The notes under the pieces are model-generated. The model was given only the letters and a program-made list of their open reading frames with translations, ran no database searches and was not told the origin of the DNA. From positions 19,116,341 to 19,180,340 of the forward strand of contig NC_083409.1 in the NCBI RefSeq assembly GCF_020745735.1: a stretch of DNA of 64,000 bases, read 5' to 3'. The stretch's first letter is position 1. The number at the start of each line of letters is the position of its first letter. Below, piece by piece: positions 61,105 to 64,000 of this stretch. The stretch comes from Hemiscyllium ocellatum (lineage: Eukaryota). Made by a program: the position numbers and the translations under genes.

Positions 61105-63965
61105 ATATCAAGAGGCTTTCCCCATTGTTGGTTTGATCAGTGACGTAGCAAGGAAGCAGCAGCTGCCCCATGAACTCCAACAAAAGAATGAGAACAGGCT
61201 CTTCATACAGAGCTGGCTCCCGAGAATCCAATTCAACAGCAGGGACCAAAGGACAAGGAACAATACAGCACAGGAACAGGCCCTTCGGTCCTCCAAGCCT
61301 GTGCTGATACATTTTGCCCTTCTATACTGAAACTGTCTTCATCGACAGAATTTATATCCCTCTATTCCCTTCCTATTCATGCATTAGTGCAGGTATTTCT
61401 TGAATACTTCTATTGTGTCTGCTTCCACCCCCTCCTCTGGCTGTGTGTTCCAGGTACTCAACTTCCTTTGTGTGAAATACTTGATTTGTACATCTCTGTA
61501 CAATTAATTGCTCCAAACCCCTGCACCTTGAACCTGTGTCCCCTAGTATTTGACCCCTTCACCCTGGGAAAAAGCCTCATATTTTCCACTCTGCCTATCC
61601 CATTCACAACTCTGTAAACTTCTATCAGGACGCACCTCATTTTCCTGCATCCCAGTGAAAACAAACTCAGTCTCTCCAACCTTTCTTCGGAACTACAATT
61701 CCCCCCATACCAGACAATATCCTGGTAAACATTTTCTGCACTGTCTTCAAAACATCCACATCCTTCTTTTTGGACTGTATGCAGTTCTATGCAACCAGAA
61801 CAGTATACCATATTCCAAGTGTGGCCGAACTAAAGTTCTATAAAGCTGCAGCATGACTTGTCTATCCTTACACTCAATGCCTCTTCCAATGAAGGCAAGC
61901 AGGCCATCAGCCTTTTTTACTGCCTTACCTCCCTGTGCTGGTACCTTCAGTGATTTGTGAATATGCACACCCAGATCCCTCTGCATATCAATACCCCAAA
62001 GGTTTCTGCCATTCACTGTATAATTCCCACCTGTACATCACCTTTCAAAATGCATCACCTCACATTTGTCTGGATTAAACTACCTCTGCCATTTTTCTGT
62101 CCAAGCATCCACCTGATCTCTATCCTGCTATATCCTAGATAATCCTTCTCATTATCTGCAATTCTACCAATCTTTGTATCAATTGTAAACTTACTAATTA
62201 GACCAGCTACACATTCCTCCAAATCATTTATGTAGACCATATACAGCAGAGTTCCTTGTGGAACCCCACAAGTCACAGCCCTCCATTCTGAAATCCATCC
62301 CCCCGTCACTGCCCTCTGTCTCCTCTGACTCAGCCAGTTCTGTATCCAATGCTGGGAACATTTTTGACAAGACACCTTGTTGCCAGCTCATTACAGCAAC
62401 TTGATCCAGTTCACTCAGATAGAGACAAAGGACAATATGTAGATTTTTGAACAGGCCCCTACACCTGGTCCTGAGGCAGGAGCCCAATATCCAACACACT
62501 GGCCTCACTTCACACCAACCTTCACAAAGTGCGGGGTCATGAACACCGGCCAACGATCCCTCTGGGACCGGGACAGAGTGAGGGAACAGGGACAATTGTA
62601 GAAGAATCAATAAGGAGTAAAGCAGGATGGAGAGGGTGTGTTAGGAAGTGTTTAATGGAAGAAACATACTTTGTGATACCCAATACTAACATTGTCTCCG
62701 TGTATCACAGAATCAAAAAAAAAGCACTTGTTTTGAAGACATTCAAAAGTCACACCAATGTACTTCTTTTTGATATATCATAGCATGCAGAGCATTTTCA
62801 TTGTGGTGCGATAAGTATCCTGGTCCGAAAGCTGTTCTCTCTCTTGCCTTGTTTCTGCAGATGGAGCCAATTAGATCCTCGCAGAACCCCAGTTTATTTG
62901 TAGTGTTCAGTAATGTGGGGATACCGATGGTGGACTGGGGAACACCTGATGAAGGAGCAGCACTTCAGAAGCTTGTGATTTCAAATGAACCTGTTGGGCT
63001 AGAACCTGGTGTTGTGTGCCTTCAGACTTTATATTGTTCAGGCACAGTGAAACAGCTGCCTTCTAGTAACTATAGTGAATGTGCACTTCAACTGAGGACG
63101 ATGAGTAATGACTCCTTCCATTATCCGAGAATAAACCCATTGGCATTCCGGGGGATTCCAGTGCGAATGACCTGTCAGGTGCTTCCCAGATATTTCCCAG
63201 GGAAGGTTAACAAGCAAGGATGGAGACGGGAGCGCGAAGCCTCAAGTGCTGTTCTGTGCAGTTTGGGGGCACACTTTGATAGCCAGTTGTTAGATCTTTT
63301 GAGTGTAATTCATTTTTTGCTGAGCCCAGTGTCAATCTGAAGGACACACCACCTTGCAGTCTGACAAACCAGGGTCACCCGTGTCATGGTTCTGTTTCTG
63401 ACCGAGGCTCCAGTCTTTCAAAGAGATGAATTCAAGCCTCACCAATTTGATAATTTGAATTATAGGTAATTTATTTTGATTTCTCCTGGGATTGGGTGGT
63501 TGTTGCCCTTCCCTAACTGTCCTGGAGAGGGCGGTGGTGAGCCATGAGTTTCTCGAAGAGGATCTGACAGAGGGACAAGGTCATGTCCTCGGCCTGAGCA
63601 CAACTGCCTGACCTGCTGTGCTTTTCCAGCGCCACACTTTTCGACTCCGAGCACAACTATCCATCAGCAGAATGAGCTGTGACACAAGAGGAAACGTGGG
63701 AGTGTTGGAAAGGCGGCCTGGTCAGCCTGCAGAGGGGCAGAAACAGATTTGATGAATGAGCTGATATCCTCCCGAGCTGAGATGCAGACTCAGGCTTTCA
63801 GAGCCACACAGTTTACATTGTTACTGACCGTGGCTCCATGGGCAATGCTCCTGGCCCATAGTCAAAATGGTCATCGGATTGAAAGCCACCTCAGAAATGA
63901 GAGCACAGAATCCAGGCTGAGACCGGGGTGCACTGCTGAAAGTTGCACAGTCTCTGGCACCATCA
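61105..63965 (-). repeat. Right arm of inverted duplication B
   Basis: Mirror of 53895-58030, lacking about 1.35 kb (54680-56030) and with the ~290-bp segment in non-inverted orientation. Confidence 0.88.
61260..62300 (-). mobile_element. CR1 LINE 3' half, mirror copy
   Basis: VTCGVPQG RT remnant; collinear with 56820-57870. Confidence 0.8.
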
Positions 63966-64000
63966 TTTGAGGCTCCACCACCATCACACCTCAACCACCC

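Noticed and set aside
62801-63340. 179-aa plus ORF
   Set aside because: It runs across a hairpin repeat fragment and two duplicated non-coding blocks whose paralogs are not collinear or in frame.
46847-64000. Kappa-deleting-element-type RSS downstream of C (heptamers at 48823, 53692, 54784, 56164, 63043)
   Set aside because: None has a recognisable nonamer at 12 or 23 bp spacing.

Overview
Eukaryotic genomic DNA from a cartilaginous fish; the Ig sequences resemble the nurse-shark NS4/type III kappa family, so an orectolobiform shark is likely (inference). The window holds two unrearranged immunoglobulin kappa light-chain clusters set head-to-head, with ATGs 29.3 kb apart. Cluster 1 is on the minus strand: leader 6368-6320, V 6133-5835, 12-RSS, 23-RSS, J 5336-5302, and its C exon is predicted left of the window. 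Cluster 2 is on the plus strand: leader 35621-35669, V 35856-36154, J 36630-36664, C 46518-46846. All four RSS are perfect consensus and all frames and splice sites are intact. The clusters lie in the arms of an old inverted segmental duplication (about 1-11960 vs 30135-39300). A second inverted duplication (about 53895-58030 vs 61105-63965) lies 3' of C and contains a ~290-bp segment flipped between 45-bp inverted repeats. The rest is mostly retroelement debris: CR1-type LINEs (one young, ~2.4 kb, in the J-C intron), V-SINEs, Deu-type SINE relics, a Gmr1-like LTR relic (gag-PR-IN-RT order), and Penelope-like elements with derived fold-back elements carrying minimal hammerhead ribozyme cores. 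The best leads are (i) possible inversional V/J swapping between the clusters, (ii) a ~95% conserved upstream block with an EICE, E-box, Runx and MEF2 motif set, and (iii) a possible alternating head-to-head/tail-to-tail cluster array. All identity values are hand counts or estimates; no searches were run.
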